This document shows, piece by piece, positions 42,857 to 52,920 of a stretch of DNA of 64,000 nt. Numbering within the stretch: position 1 is the stretch's first letter; each line of letters starts with the position of its first letter. Both the position numbers and the translations under genes were made by a program. The DNA is from an uncultured Planctomycetales bacterium (GTDB taxonomy: Bacteria; Omnitrophota; Gorgyraeia; Zapsychrales; Fredricksoniimonadaceae): contig CAZFNI010000002.1 in the NCBI GenBank assembly GCA_964520655.1, positions 64,770-128,769 of the forward strand, written 5' to 3'. The notes beneath the pieces were generated by a model, which had not been told where the DNA came from, made no database searches, and saw nothing but the letters and a program-made list of their open reading frames with translations.

Positions 42857-42957
42857 TCAAAAAGCTGCATAGCTGAGCACATCAACCCTGCCAGACCACC
42901 CCCAATCAGCTCATGGGAACGGTTACAATGATGGGAAGCACTAATTTGGGGGAATCA

Positions 42958-43149
42958 TAAAGCAGTATTGATCATATCAACCAACATCTGACCATCAAAC
43001 GGTTTTTGCAGAAAACCCACAGCTCCTACTTTCAAAGCACGCTCGGCGGCATTGTCCTGTTTCTCGGCAGAAATAAAAATAACGGGGCGTTTCAATCCAG
43101 AATCAAGAATTTTTTTCTCTTCATGTGAAAAATAATAAAATTTACAATT
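42958..43149 (-). pseudogene. remnant of response-regulator receiver domain (C-terminal ~60 aa only)
   Basis: minus-strand frame translates to ...KFYYFSHEEKKILDSGLKRPVIFISAEKQDNAAERALKVGAVGFLQKPFDGQMLVDMINTAL*, no start codon and no N-terminal Asp pocket. Confidence 0.4.
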
Positions 43150-43151
43150 AT

Positions 43152-43802
43152 CTATTGTATCTTTCCATCCACGAGACTGACGAACCGGGAACCCAGAACA
43201 ACCCCTTCACTTTGATTGTGAGTGACATATAAAAGAATGGGCAAAAACTCCTGATGAAGCTTGAGAATTTCTTCCATCAAGCCGGACTTTAAATCCTCGT
43301 CAAGATGCGACAGCGGCTCATCCATCAAGAGAATCTTTGGCCTTGTCACAAGCGCGCGGGCAATGGCCACGCGCTGTTGTTCGCCGCCGGAGATTTCTCC
43401 CGGCAAGCTGTCCCGGTGCTTGGACAGCCTGATCTTTTCAAGCATGGCCTCTGTCCGCTCGCGAACTTCCTGGGAAACCAGCTTCCTGGCCTTGAGTCCA
43501 AAGGCGATATTTTCATAACAACTCATATGAGGCCAGAGCGCCAGGTCTTGAAATACCATTCCAATCCGCCTATGCTCGGGTTCCAAGAAACATTTTCCGT
43601 TTTGGGCCGCTTGGGCGCCTTCGATTTCCACCGTACCTTGATCCGGCTGAATGAAACCGGCGATGATCCTGAGCAATGTCGATTTGCCCGATCCCGAGGA
43701 GCCATAAATGACAATGCGTTCCCCTTGCTCTGCCGTCAGGGATAAATCTGTCAAAATCATTTTTCCATTGAAGGATTTGTAAATACGATCCAGTTTCAAA
43801 GA
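43152..43802 (-). CDS. ABC transporter ATP-binding protein (ferric/FbpC-like, NBD only)
   Basis: Walker A GSSGSGKST, LSGGEQQR signature, Walker B LLMDEP; N-terminal extension of the long ORF overlaps the permease gene and is rejected. Confidence 0.85.
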   Translation of the reverse strand, partial: SLKLDRIYKSFNGKMILTDLSLTAEQGERIVIYGSSGSGKSTLLRIIAGFIQPDQGTVEIEGAQAAQNGKCFLEPEHRRIGMVFQDLALWPHMSCYENIAFGLKARKLVSQEVRERTEAMLEKIRLSKHRDSLPGEISGGEQQRVAIARALVTRPKILLMDEPLSHLDEDLKSGLMEEILKLHQEFLPILLYVTHNQSEGVVLGSRFVSLVDGKIQ

Positions 43803-43804
43803 CA

Positions 43805-45343
43805 TCAGGAAAACCTCTCTCGAAAAAAGAAAGCCAAAATCAGGAAAGGAAATACAGCGACTGTGAACATCATCATACACATGGCAGCAATCAAAGCTTC
43901 CGGGCTGTTTGCCATAAGCGTGAATATCCTGATTGATAAAGTATCGTAACCCGGAGGATAAACCATCATGGCGACACCCACATCTTTCAGGCAGAAAATA
44001 AAAAGGACAAGCCACGTCGCTAGTAATCCCTTGCGTGCGAGCGGGATCAGAATTCTGAAAACATGATACGGCCATGAGGCTCCGGCAATTTCAGCGGCCT
44101 CCTCCATCGCGACAGGGATTCTCGAGAAGACAGGGACCATTAACCTCGATGCCAACGCCGTATACTGGGCGACATAGCCGAAGAGCAATATGACAATCGA
44201 GGAATAAATAAAATTCGTGGACGCCCTGTTCCACAATCCGATCAGGCCGATTCCGATAACGGTTCCGGGCAGGGCAAAAAGAAATACAGTCAGGCCGTCC
44301 GCCAAAGATGAAAACCGGGAAACCTTCCTTTGAATTCCATATCCCAGACAAAAACCAAGTCCTGTCAATAGGGTGGAAGCCAGAGAGGCCAACAGAATAC
44401 TGCGTCCCAGGGAATCTTTGGCGCGGGAGAAAACCTCGGAATATACCTGGATATCAAACGATGTTAAAAACAGGGCCCCCAAAGGAAGCACGATGAGAAT
44501 AAAAAGAATCAGGGCAACTCCGATCGCCAGGACCGGCCTGTACGCTTTCAAAGGAATTACGAGCATTTGTTTCGCGGGAATGAGCTGTGGTGAATCGTAA
44601 GAGTCTTTTTTAAAAAGCCATCGTTCAAGCGCCAAAACAAGCAAAGCGACAATGCCCAGCGGAGTCGTGGCGGCCGTGGCGGCGTTAAAATCATAAAAGG
44701 CGGAAAACTGAGAAAATGACTCGACCGAAAATACGTTGAAACGGAAAAGAGTGGGTACGCCAAACTCGCCTAATGTCAGGATGAAAACAAGCAGGGCGGC
44801 CAAGGCAATGCCGCGTTTGATCAAAGGCAGAGAGACTTCCTTCAAAACAAAGGGCCAGCCCGCGTACAGCCTTGCGGTTTCTTCCAATCTGGGATTAATG
44901 GTATGCAGATAAACTTTTGTCAAAAGAATCGCAAGAGGCATCAAAGAGGAAGCCATGATCAAAAGAGAGCCTCCAAAACCGCTTAAAAAACGCGCGTGCC
45001 CTCCGAGCAGATAAATCCAGGCCAACGAGAGAAAATAAGGCGGGATAATAAGCGGCAGCATAAACAAAATAAGGAAAATATTTCTTAAAGGCAAATCCGT
45101 CTTCGTCAGCAGGACTCCCAGGGGAACGCCGAAGAGAACGACGATGACGGAAGAAGCCAACGCGAGGATAACGCTGTTCCCCAAAAGAAGCCAGGAACGT
45201 GATGTGCCAAAAAGCAAAGCATAATTTTCAAACGAAAAATGCCCTTCTGCAATAAACGATTGAAAAGCCATCCGGACAACAGGGACAATGCCGATGATGA
45301 AGAACAAGAGAAAGGCGGCTGAGAAGACGAGCTTTTTTGCCTT
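43805..45343 (-). CDS. iron(III)-type ABC transporter permease (fused two-domain, FbpB-like)
   Basis: ~512 aa, two 6-TM permease halves. Confidence 0.8.
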   Translation of the reverse strand, partial: KAKKLVFSAAFLLFFIIGIVPVVRMAFQSFIAEGHFSFENYALLFGTSRSWLLLGNSVILALASSVIVVLFGVPLGVLLTKTDLPLRNIFLILFMLPLIIPPYFLSLAWIYLLGGHARFLSGFGGSLLIMASSLMPLAILLTKVYLHTINPRLEETARLYAGWPFVLKEVSLPLIKRGIALAALLVFILTLGEFGVPTLFRFNVFSVESFSQFSAFYDFNAATAATTPLGIVALLVLALERWLFKKDSYDSPQLIPAKQMLVIPLKAYRPVLAIGVALILFILIVLPLGALFLTSFDIQVYSEVFSRAKDSLGRSILLASLASTLLTGLGFCLGYGIQRKVSRFSSLADGLTVFLFALPGTVIGIGLIGLWNRASTNFIYSSIVILLFGYVAQYTALASRLMVPVFSRIPVAMEEAAEIAGASWPYHVFRILIPLARKGLLATWLVLFIFCLKDVGVAMMVYPPGYDTLSIRIFTLMANSPEALIAAMCMMMFTVAVFPFLILAFFFRERFS

Positions 45344-45345
45344 CA

Positions 45346-46356
45346 TCAATATCCCGCCCATTCTTTCAGGTATTCCTGAATCTCTTGAAGTTTTTGAGCA
45401 ACCTCTTCGTAATCGATATTCATCGGCTTGAGTTCTTCCAATGTCCTGACATCCGCGGGTGTGGCAACGCCCGGATGCAGAGGAATTTGGGCGCAATCGG
45501 CAAAGGCAAGTTTGCGCTCCGTTTCAGGCAGAAGAAGATAATCCACGAGCTTTTTTCCGTTCTCAGAATTGGGACCGCCTTTGATCAAAAGAACCGCGTT
45601 CGGAAGAATGAGAGCTCCCAGGCCCTCCGGTTGCTGATCCGGATAAACCTGCCTTACGTTCTTACCTGAACGGACCGCATTAGTGGCATCATCGCTGTCC
45701 ACAAGACTGAAGGCATATTGTCCATTGATGACAAAAGCGGTTGATTCACCGTTGCTTGAAGAGATGGCGGCCTCATTGGCTTTCATGCCTTCCATAAACT
45801 CTTTGGCTTTTTCGTCGCCCCACAAAGTAAATAATGAAGCAACCCACGTTGTCGTGGTCCCAAATAAAGGATTGGCGACTACCGCTTTTCCCTTCCACTG
45901 AGAATCCGTGTACGCCATTATGGAATCCGGAACATCCCCGACTTTCACAATCAGAACTCTTGCCCGCGCGGAAAACCCTGTCCAATGGCCTTCGGGATCT
46001 TTGAAAGCGGCCGGTATCGCAACCGCGTTTGGTGAAAAATAAGGTTCCGTAATCCCTTTTTGTTTCAAGATAATCGCCCTGATGGGCTCATTAGCCCAGT
46101 AAACGTCGGCCTGCGGATTGCTTTTTTCAGCAATCAGCCGGTTCATGACACCCGTACTCTTGGTTTCCTCGGTATCAAAAACAGTCTTGACTCTGATTCC
46201 GGTTTCCTGTTCAAAATCTTTCAGGATAGGTTCCGAAAAAACCTGATCTTCGGAAACATAGACCACCACTTCGCCGCCCGATGCGGCAAAAGCAGGACTG
46301 TGACTCCCGCCATACGCGATTATCATGAAAATGATGAAAATCCGAATTTGTCTCAT
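45346..46356 (-). CDS. ABC transporter periplasmic substrate-binding protein (FbpA/AfuA-like)
   Basis: signal peptide, type-II SBP fold similarity. Confidence 0.8.
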   Translation of the reverse strand: MRQIRIFIIFMIIAYGGSHSPAFAASGGEVVVYVSEDQVFSEPILKDFEQETGIRVKTVFDTEETKSTGVMNRLIAEKSNPQADVYWANEPIRAIILKQKGITEPYFSPNAVAIPAAFKDPEGHWTGFSARARVLIVKVGDVPDSIMAYTDSQWKGKAVVANPLFGTTTTWVASLFTLWGDEKAKEFMEGMKANEAAISSSNGESTAFVINGQYAFSLVDSDDATNAVRSGKNVRQVYPDQQPEGLGALILPNAVLLIKGGPNSENGKKLVDYLLLPETERKLAFADCAQIPLHPGVATPADVRTLEELKPMNIDYEEVAQKLQEIQEYLKEWAGY

Positions 46357-46370
46357 CGCGCTCTCCCCCC

Positions 46371-47384
46371 TTAACGTATCGTCAATCTTTTTGGTGAAGC
46401 TCCCACTTTGACTTCATGAACAACTTGACGGCGCGCGGTATCGATAATGCTAACCGTCCCCGAACCCGTGTTGCTTACCGCGGCCCATCTGCCATCCGGC
46501 GAGAACGCGATCCAGTTGGGATTCGTCCCGACCGTAATTTCCCCGATGCTTTCGAGATTATTAGCGCGGAGAATCGTCACAATACCGTTTGTTTGTGTCG
46601 CGACCCACAGTTCTTTGCCATCGGGAGTTGTTTCGATGCCGTGCGCGTCCATCCCCGATTCGGCGAATTTCTCACCGGAAAGCAAAATGCGTCCCGTGAC
46701 TTTTTTAAGAGATGGATCGATCACCAATACGCCGTTCAGCCACCGGATGGTCAAAAATAATTTGCTGTTATCAAGGGTGGATGTAAGAACCCGCGGCCAG
46801 GCAAACAAGGGAATCTCGTCAATGACCTCCAGAGTCTCGGCATCGATTACGGCCAGCTTCATGTCTCTTTCACAGGTAGCGTATATTTTGTTTTCCGGAC
46901 CATGACGGACAATGTGAGGACCGCGGCAGCCTGCCACCTTTTTTATAACCTCAAGGTTTCCGGCGTCCAAAACCGCGATGGCGTCATCGCCGTTGAGCGT
47001 CACAAAAATCCGTTTGCCGTCCGGCGATACCTCAAGCTGGTTGGGCCCGCTTCCGACCGGAATACTCTCGAAGACTTCATTTTTTACGGGATCAATCACG
47101 CTCAGTGTTCCGTCGCCCTCATTCGTGACATAGACCCTTTTCCCGTCTGGAGAAACAGCCACACCATGCGGTTTTTGGCCTGTCTTAATATGTTTTACAA
47201 GCTGACCTTCCACCGGATCAATGACTGAAATGCCATCCCCTTTGAAGTTTGTTACATAAACTCTGACAGGTAAAGTCGTTTCAGCGTCTGTTTGTGACTC
47301 CTGGGCGTAACCCGCCCCCGACAGCCCAATAATGACCATACAACAAATCAACAAAAATCTATAAACCGTTTTATCCCTGCTCAT
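46371..47384 (-). CDS. secreted YVTN-family beta-propeller repeat protein
   Basis: signal peptide and repeated ~40-aa YVTNxxxxxxSVID units. Confidence 0.75.
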   Translation of the reverse strand: MSRDKTVYRFLLICCMVIIGLSGAGYAQESQTDAETTLPVRVYVTNFKGDGISVIDPVEGQLVKHIKTGQKPHGVAVSPDGKRVYVTNEGDGTLSVIDPVKNEVFESIPVGSGPNQLEVSPDGKRIFVTLNGDDAIAVLDAGNLEVIKKVAGCRGPHIVRHGPENKIYATCERDMKLAVIDAETLEVIDEIPLFAWPRVLTSTLDNSKLFLTIRWLNGVLVIDPSLKKVTGRILLSGEKFAESGMDAHGIETTPDGKELWVATQTNGIVTILRANNLESIGEITVGTNPNWIAFSPDGRWAAVSNTGSGTVSIIDTARRQVVHEVKVGASPKRLTIR

Positions 47385-47417
47385 TTTAAAGCCTCCTTGA
47401 GATTGAGTTAAAAATAT

Positions 47418-48065
47418 TTATTCCGTTTGAACTTTAAAGTCGTCAAAAGATGTGGCGGCATCGGCTTTGGTCCAAAGTCCTACTCCCCCCGTTTCCGCAA
47501 ACGTTTGATCCGCTGCGTGCAGGAGTTCCTGACCGTTGAGCCAGCCCGTGATCTTGTCTTCCTTATGCTGAATGGTCAGCGTAAACCATTGGCCTGTTCC
47601 GATATCCGGAACTTTCGCGTCGTCCAGGATTTTCCGGGCGCCGTCTTTCACAGAATATAGCCTGTAATTTTTCTCCAGAGGATTGTAACGGGCAATGTAA
47701 TAATTATTGGTATCCTTCGCCCGCCAAATCAGGCCCCCACCTTGATCTTCTTCTCCCTGATTTGCTCTGACTTTAACTTCAAGAAGACCGTCCTTGAAAG
47801 AAACCTCCCGCGTCCAGAAGAGGTTAAACACACCGCCGAAGCTGTCATTTATCTTCGTAATCGAAAGCACACTTGGTAAACTGGGGGCCGTGGCATCTTC
47901 GATGATCTTCCATTCCGCAAGCGGACCGCGCGGGTCGGTAGCGGCGATTTCCCATCCTTTCAGAGTCTCTGCGGATTTGACATCATCGAAACGGTAGCTT
48001 GTCTCAGCGGCAAAAGTTGAAGCCGTCCAAAAGAAAATAGACAGAATGACAAATATGATTTTCAT
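47418..48065 (-). CDS. secreted DUF1080-like (3-keto-disaccharide hydrolase / LamG-like) protein
   Basis: signal peptide; GW...GGLIWRAKD...WFTLTI...WLNGQ pattern. Confidence 0.4.
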   Translation of the reverse strand: MKIIFVILSIFFWTASTFAAETSYRFDDVKSAETLKGWEIAATDPRGPLAEWKIIEDATAPSLPSVLSITKINDSFGGVFNLFWTREVSFKDGLLEVKVRANQGEEDQGGGLIWRAKDTNNYYIARYNPLEKNYRLYSVKDGARKILDDAKVPDIGTGQWFTLTIQHKEDKITGWLNGQELLHAADQTFAETGGVGLWTKADAATSFDDFKVQTE

Positions 48066-48093
48066 TGATTCCCTCCTCCTTAATCAATCTTCG

Positions 48094-49359
48094 TTAATGG
48101 AACCTGTACAGTATTAAACCTGCCAGGGCTGCAACTAAAATCAAAACCGGTTCCTGGATTTTTTTCGTTCTGAGCAGAATCACATATGAAACAAGCGCGA
48201 TCAAGGCTGTGCTTATGTCTGAAATGGAACGCTGCCCAAGCACTAGGACCGCCCCCGCAATGGCGCCTACCGCTCCCGCTGTAACGCCGTTAACGAACGC
48301 CACCACTCCAGGGTGGGTGCCATGCTTTCGCATAAACGGCGCCGGGATAATGGTGAAAAGATAGCAAGGAAAGAACGTGGCAAAAGCGGCAATACAGGCG
48401 CCCAAGAATCCGGCAATAAGATAACCGATAAATCCGGTCGTGATCACAACGGGTCCGGGGGTGATCATAGCCACAGCAACAGCGTCAAGAAACTGCTGGT
48501 CAGTGAGCCATTGAAATTCTTTAACCACGCCTCCGAAAAGAAAAGGCACAATCGCAAGGCCGCTCCCAAAGACAAACGCCCCGGCTTTTGCGAAAAACCA
48601 GAAGATATCCCACAAAACGGACTTCCCCTCACCAATGGTTTGAACGAAGGCTGTGTCACCCGGTGCCCGAAACGAAAAAAATAGGACAAGGGCGGCCGCA
48701 AGGATAAAAAGGCCGCTTGCCAAACAGACAAAATTTTTTTCATTCTGCTTCCAGCGGTTGTTTCCGAGTTGTATCAACCAGGCAAGAAGCCCAGCGGTAA
48801 GAACGAGCAAAATGCTCTCTTGCTCGGTTGCGAAAGTAACAAGCGCCATGACGGAAAAAACAAGCCATAGGAATCCGTTCTTGCCCAGGGTTTTGGTGGT
48901 GAGTTTTTGCGCGCTGCGGGCGATGATGCCAATGATACATGCCCCAACACCATAGAAAACAGCCTGCATCCAGGAAAAACCGCCGTAGACAACATAAGCC
49001 CAGCCAATGGCAACTACCATCAGAAAAGAAGGTAAAGCGAAGGCAGTCCCGACCCATGTTGCTCCGCGTATGCCGTAATGGCAATAACCAAGATAAATCG
49101 CAAGTTGCGCGGCCAAGGGTCCCGGCGCAAGCTGGGCTAATGTCAGGCCTTCCTTATATTCCGCTTCTGAGATCCATTTCCGTTCCTCCACAAGATCGCT
49201 GTACATGTAACCGACCAAAGCCACCGGTCCGCCAAATCCAACCGAACCAAGCTTCAACGCATAACGCACCATTTGCCAGAGGGTATAAACTGGCTTGGGA
49301 ATCGCCGCTTCTTTTTCGGTCATAGTCATGTTCAAATTCGTATGATGGATATGTTTCAT
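48094..49359 (-). CDS. chrA: chromate transporter (CHR family, full-length two-domain)
   Basis: GFGGP motifs in both halves. Confidence 0.85.
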   Translation of the reverse strand: MKHIHHTNLNMTMTEKEAAIPKPVYTLWQMVRYALKLGSVGFGGPVALVGYMYSDLVEERKWISEAEYKEGLTLAQLAPGPLAAQLAIYLGYCHYGIRGATWVGTAFALPSFLMVVAIGWAYVVYGGFSWMQAVFYGVGACIIGIIARSAQKLTTKTLGKNGFLWLVFSVMALVTFATEQESILLVLTAGLLAWLIQLGNNRWKQNEKNFVCLASGLFILAAALVLFFSFRAPGDTAFVQTIGEGKSVLWDIFWFFAKAGAFVFGSGLAIVPFLFGGVVKEFQWLTDQQFLDAVAVAMITPGPVVITTGFIGYLIAGFLGACIAAFATFFPCYLFTIIPAPFMRKHGTHPGVVAFVNGVTAGAVGAIAGAVLVLGQRSISDISTALIALVSYVILLRTKKIQEPVLILVAALAGLILYRFH

Positions 49360-49362
49360 CGC

Positions 49363-50304
49363 TCAAACTCCAGGCGCTTTCTTGAAAGCCTGATAAAGGC
49401 CTTCAAACAGTTGTATCCCACGGGATTCGAGCTCCCTGTCCGAAAGACCCTGAAGAAGCCAACCCTTGAGAATGGCTGCCACACCCTCGGTTTCACAATG
49501 ATGGTGCCGACTGTCTCTGAGATCAATTTCGTGAATCAATTCGCTTATCACCTCAAGAGCTTTGTCTTGAAGCCCGAAAATCCTCACCATGGTTTCAAAA
49601 GAACAGCTATCCTGTTGATGGCCAAATAAGGCGCCTTTCATGTCAAAGGGAATTTGTCCTTTTTGAGGGCTTGCCGCATATTTAATTCTGGCCTTCGGAT
49701 CAATAAATCGGCGGATGAGCCAAATACATCCCAGCCGGTCCACATGCGGCTTAGGCCGGGTCACCCAGACTTTACCACGGTAGGCTTCAGGCTTGTACCT
49801 GGGAAGGGAAGGATGTACTTCTATGGGTTTCAACTCTTTTTCAAACTCAAGCAGCTTCTGGCTGACGGTCTTTCCGAGATGAGATGCATAGTAGTCAATC
49901 TTTTCTATATCAGCCATCTTATCGTGAAGTCTCTTAACCTTCTCAAAGAAGAACCGTGCTCTTTTTTGTTTCTTTTCCTTTTGAAACTGCCGTCTCAGAC
50001 TCTTGATTTCTTTTTCGATTTTTTCATAATCCTTGTCCCGGGCTGTCTGGAAAAGCCGTATGATTTCCCTGTCCTCCATGCCCTCAAACTTCTCAACCTT
50101 CATTAAAAATGCTTCTCCCTTAGCTTGCTCAACCTCCTGGGCAAGCCACTGAAAAGCTTCCAGGCAATCTTCCCGCTCCGGCAGAATGGAAACCCCGGCT
50201 TTGGGAGTCACGGCACCGATTCGGTTAAGTCGCCGCCAAATTGAAACCCGGCTGCTTGACGTAGGGCCGCTTGGCAGGGAATAAGAAAAGACTAGCCAGT
50301 TCAT
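49363..50304 (-). CDS. chrB: chromate-resistance protein ChrB-like
   Basis: WLIRRFIDPKARIKYA...PFDMKGALFGHQ matches ChrB C-terminal domain; adjacent to chrA. Confidence 0.65.
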   Translation of the reverse strand: MNWLVFSYSLPSGPTSSSRVSIWRRLNRIGAVTPKAGVSILPEREDCLEAFQWLAQEVEQAKGEAFLMKVEKFEGMEDREIIRLFQTARDKDYEKIEKEIKSLRRQFQKEKKQKRARFFFEKVKRLHDKMADIEKIDYYASHLGKTVSQKLLEFEKELKPIEVHPSLPRYKPEAYRGKVWVTRPKPHVDRLGCIWLIRRFIDPKARIKYAASPQKGQIPFDMKGALFGHQQDSCSFETMVRIFGLQDKALEVISELIHEIDLRDSRHHHCETEGVAAILKGWLLQGLSDRELESRGIQLFEGLYQAFKKAPGV

Positions 50305-50506
50305 AAAATCAATGTAACAGATGTTTCATTTCTTTGCAATAATATTTTAGACAGGTATTCTAGTGACTCCCCTATTGCCACCAAAGATAAAACTACCACA
50401 TTATCTTCCCGTCAGCCGTCCAGACAAATCTTTATTCAAGGCGTATTTAATTCCATTTGTCATTGTGCCAATTTCTCAACAAGATGTTATTCGTTACCAC
50501 TAGCCC

Positions 50507-51688
50507 CTATCCCCATTTCCCATCGGGCCGAGGAGAGATGAGAACTTTGAAATAAAAAGAGAAATACAATCCGAAGGCAAGCATCCAAAGGCCTTGGCTA
50601 ATACCAATCCACATAATGTAATATTGTTCATTAATTAACGGAAAGAAAACCCGGGTAATTGCGCTCAAAACAATAACGACAAACATCCATCCAATTCGTA
50701 TCGGCGGCTCGGCGATATTCCGTCCGGTGTGTCCCCAGGAGACCCGCGCCATCATCCCTAAAGTAAAAATACCAATACCTCCCGCTGTCCAGGCATGGAG
50801 CGCCGCATCATCCGGCCGGTGCCCAACCACCGCAAAGATTTTTAAAATAAATCCCAGAATCAAAAATAAATACCCGACAAATAAAACCCACAACAACGGT
50901 TTTTTCCATATCCCCGGAGTATACCATCCTACCAACCGCAACATATGCACTACAACCAACAGAACACATAGAATAGTCACTATAGCCGGAAAATTCCAAA
51001 ACACATCAATAGCAGAGAACGCAATCAGAAAAACCAAACTCGCCAGATCGAGAATCCGGCTGTTTCGTAAGATCACCGGATACCCGACCCCGCGTTCAAT
51101 AAAAAAGGGGAGAATTCTCCGACTGATCGTAAAGATCAAACTAACGATCATATAAACGGCAAACCGCAAAGACTTCCGTTCGGTCTCAAGATCGGCATGA
51201 AACAGCCCCCCGTAAAAGACAACCCCGCTTAATAAAACCAGTATCAATTTTGAAAATACGGCTGATTGCCTCCACTGTTTAACGGCAATAATCGGCCGCA
51301 TGACGGCAATCGAAAGAAAAATAAGAAATGCGGTATCACATAACGCCATCGGCCATGTCGGGACAGAGGCGGGCATGAATGCCAGAACGCGTGCAGCAGC
51401 CCAAAACAGGAATAGAACCAGCAGAGGCGTCCCGCTTAATGTCGGCAATCCCGTCCAATTCGTTACAGCCGTTAGAAGAAACCCTGCCACAACGGCCATG
51501 GTAAATCCAAAAATCATTTCATGGCCATGCCAAACCGTGAGCGGCATTGAGACAAAAATGTTTCCTTGGGCCACATAAAATATGAACCAAAATGCCATAG
51601 ACACGACTGCATAAACGGCTGCACCAAGAAAAAATATTCGGAATCCGGTCTGTAAAATAACTGGGGAGGCTTGTTTTAATTTATCCAT
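50507..51688 (-). CDS. nnrS: NnrS-family haem-copper membrane protein
   Basis: 12-TM protein with WHGHEMIFGF motif. Confidence 0.7.
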   Translation of the reverse strand: MDKLKQASPVILQTGFRIFFLGAAVYAVVSMAFWFIFYVAQGNIFVSMPLTVWHGHEMIFGFTMAVVAGFLLTAVTNWTGLPTLSGTPLLVLFLFWAAARVLAFMPASVPTWPMALCDTAFLIFLSIAVMRPIIAVKQWRQSAVFSKLILVLLSGVVFYGGLFHADLETERKSLRFAVYMIVSLIFTISRRILPFFIERGVGYPVILRNSRILDLASLVFLIAFSAIDVFWNFPAIVTILCVLLVVVHMLRLVGWYTPGIWKKPLLWVLFVGYLFLILGFILKIFAVVGHRPDDAALHAWTAGGIGIFTLGMMARVSWGHTGRNIAEPPIRIGWMFVVIVLSAITRVFFPLINEQYYIMWIGISQGLWMLAFGLYFSFYFKVLISPRPDGKWG

Positions 51689-51815
51689 AGCTTGATAACC
51701 TAATTTTTATAAGCCACTCGATATCCTTCAGGAATCATTCCGTATCCTTCATCCTCAGCACGCAAAATATATCTTAAATATTCTTTCTCTTCTCTCATCA
51801 CTACGTCTTGTGTCC

Positions 51816-52370
51816 TCAGATAGTTCTATCGTGTCTTGGCTCTATTTCTTCTCCTAATATTAAAACAATATAAGGATAATCCCTTAATGGATCTGCCCAT
51901 TTATGATACTCGATAACCTGATTAAAATGATTTCCAAGTTTTTGAATATGTTCGGCTATGTTCAGCCCCATATAAATCGGATATTCTTTGCTGACCTTTA
52001 AAAGATGTTGCACAGCACCTTTATACAAATACTCTAACCCCTTTTGTTGTCTTGAATGCCACTTTAGAAAAGCCGCTGAGATTTTAATCAGCCCTTGTAA
52101 ATAATCTCTGGATACATGACCTTGGGGTGCTATCCGCCACAAAGATTCAAACGCCTCGTGCGACTCCCACCAATAGCCATAATTATATAAATCAATGCCA
52201 TACAAATATTGTTCAGTGGTCCTCCAATTATCAGAAACGAAAACTCTAATTTCTGCTTCTTTTTTTCCATAAGAATGTCCAAGTGGATTCTCTGTAGGAT
52301 GAGGATTCTCCCCAGAAATAAACCGGTAAGGAGGAAATTTAATCTGAGTGTACCTGGGACATCCATTCAC
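51816..52370 (-). CDS. DUF309 domain protein
   Basis: YGIDLYNYGYWWESHEAFESLW...LQGLIKISAAFLKWH matches DUF309. Confidence 0.55.
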   Translation of the reverse strand: MNGCPRYTQIKFPPYRFISGENPHPTENPLGHSYGKKEAEIRVFVSDNWRTTEQYLYGIDLYNYGYWWESHEAFESLWRIAPQGHVSRDYLQGLIKISAAFLKWHSRQQKGLEYLYKGAVQHLLKVSKEYPIYMGLNIAEHIQKLGNHFNQVIEYHKWADPLRDYPYIVLILGEEIEPRHDRTI

Positions 52371-52374
52371 AACA

Positions 52375-52911
52375 TCACGCTTCCGGGTAATATACCTTCC
52401 CTATGTTCGTCTTGGCCATAGGATTCATTTTATGTACACTTTCTTTTTGAGCACCCATGATATCTCTGACATCCAGTCCGTGAAGGAGCAAAGCATCGGA
52501 GATTAAAGATCGATGGCAACGCCAAGGTACCGCTTCGGCACACATAATAACTACCGTTTTCTTATGGGCCTCTTTAATAAGTTCCTGAAGGGAATTTTCA
52601 AATTCTTTAGTTTGCATATAATCGGCATAGCCACGGAAAGAAGCATTGCGCCAGCCAAGATTCATTGAATCTTTTTTGGCATGTCTTAAGCCACCCAAAC
52701 CAGCCATGTGCTCATAATCAATCTTCTCATCGGTAAGGCTCTTTTCTAAGGCTTCCTGATTGTACTGCGGATTAAAACCCGACTTAGGTATGGTGCGCAC
52801 ATCTATTAATTTGCGAACATGAAAATCCTTAAGCATACCTATAAACTCATCAATAGGACGCGTGGAGTGACCAATGGTATAAATTACGGCTTTTCGATCT
52901 TTCTCTTTCAT
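52375..52911 (-). CDS. DUF488 (YeaO-like) domain protein
   Basis: IYTIGHSTRPIDEF...LIDVRTIPKS core. Confidence 0.65.
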   Translation of the reverse strand: MKEKDRKAVIYTIGHSTRPIDEFIGMLKDFHVRKLIDVRTIPKSGFNPQYNQEALEKSLTDEKIDYEHMAGLGGLRHAKKDSMNLGWRNASFRGYADYMQTKEFENSLQELIKEAHKKTVVIMCAEAVPWRCHRSLISDALLLHGLDVRDIMGAQKESVHKMNPMAKTNIGKVYYPEA

Positions 52912-52920
52912 CTTTTCTTT

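Larger units (their letters stand above)
36301..42900. mobile_element. putative integrated plasmid/phage-like element (serine recombinase + Prim-Pol replication module), inserted next to the 5' end of miaB
   Basis: recombinase, replication protein, iterons and orphan genes clustered between housekeeping miaB and a truncated gene fragment; boundaries approximate. Confidence 0.5.

Noticed and set aside
42861-42957. Possible dif/Xer site or inverted repeat at element right boundary (AGCTGAGC...CAGCTCAT)
   Set aside because: Half-sites are not true reverse complements and there is no similarity to 28-bp dif consensus.
43803-44075. N-terminal 91-aa extension of the ABC ATPase ORF (MAVSCFQNSDP...)
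   Set aside because: It overlaps the 3' end of the permease gene in another frame and is Cys/His-rich low-quality sequence. An internal Met immediately before the Walker A region gives a normal NBD.
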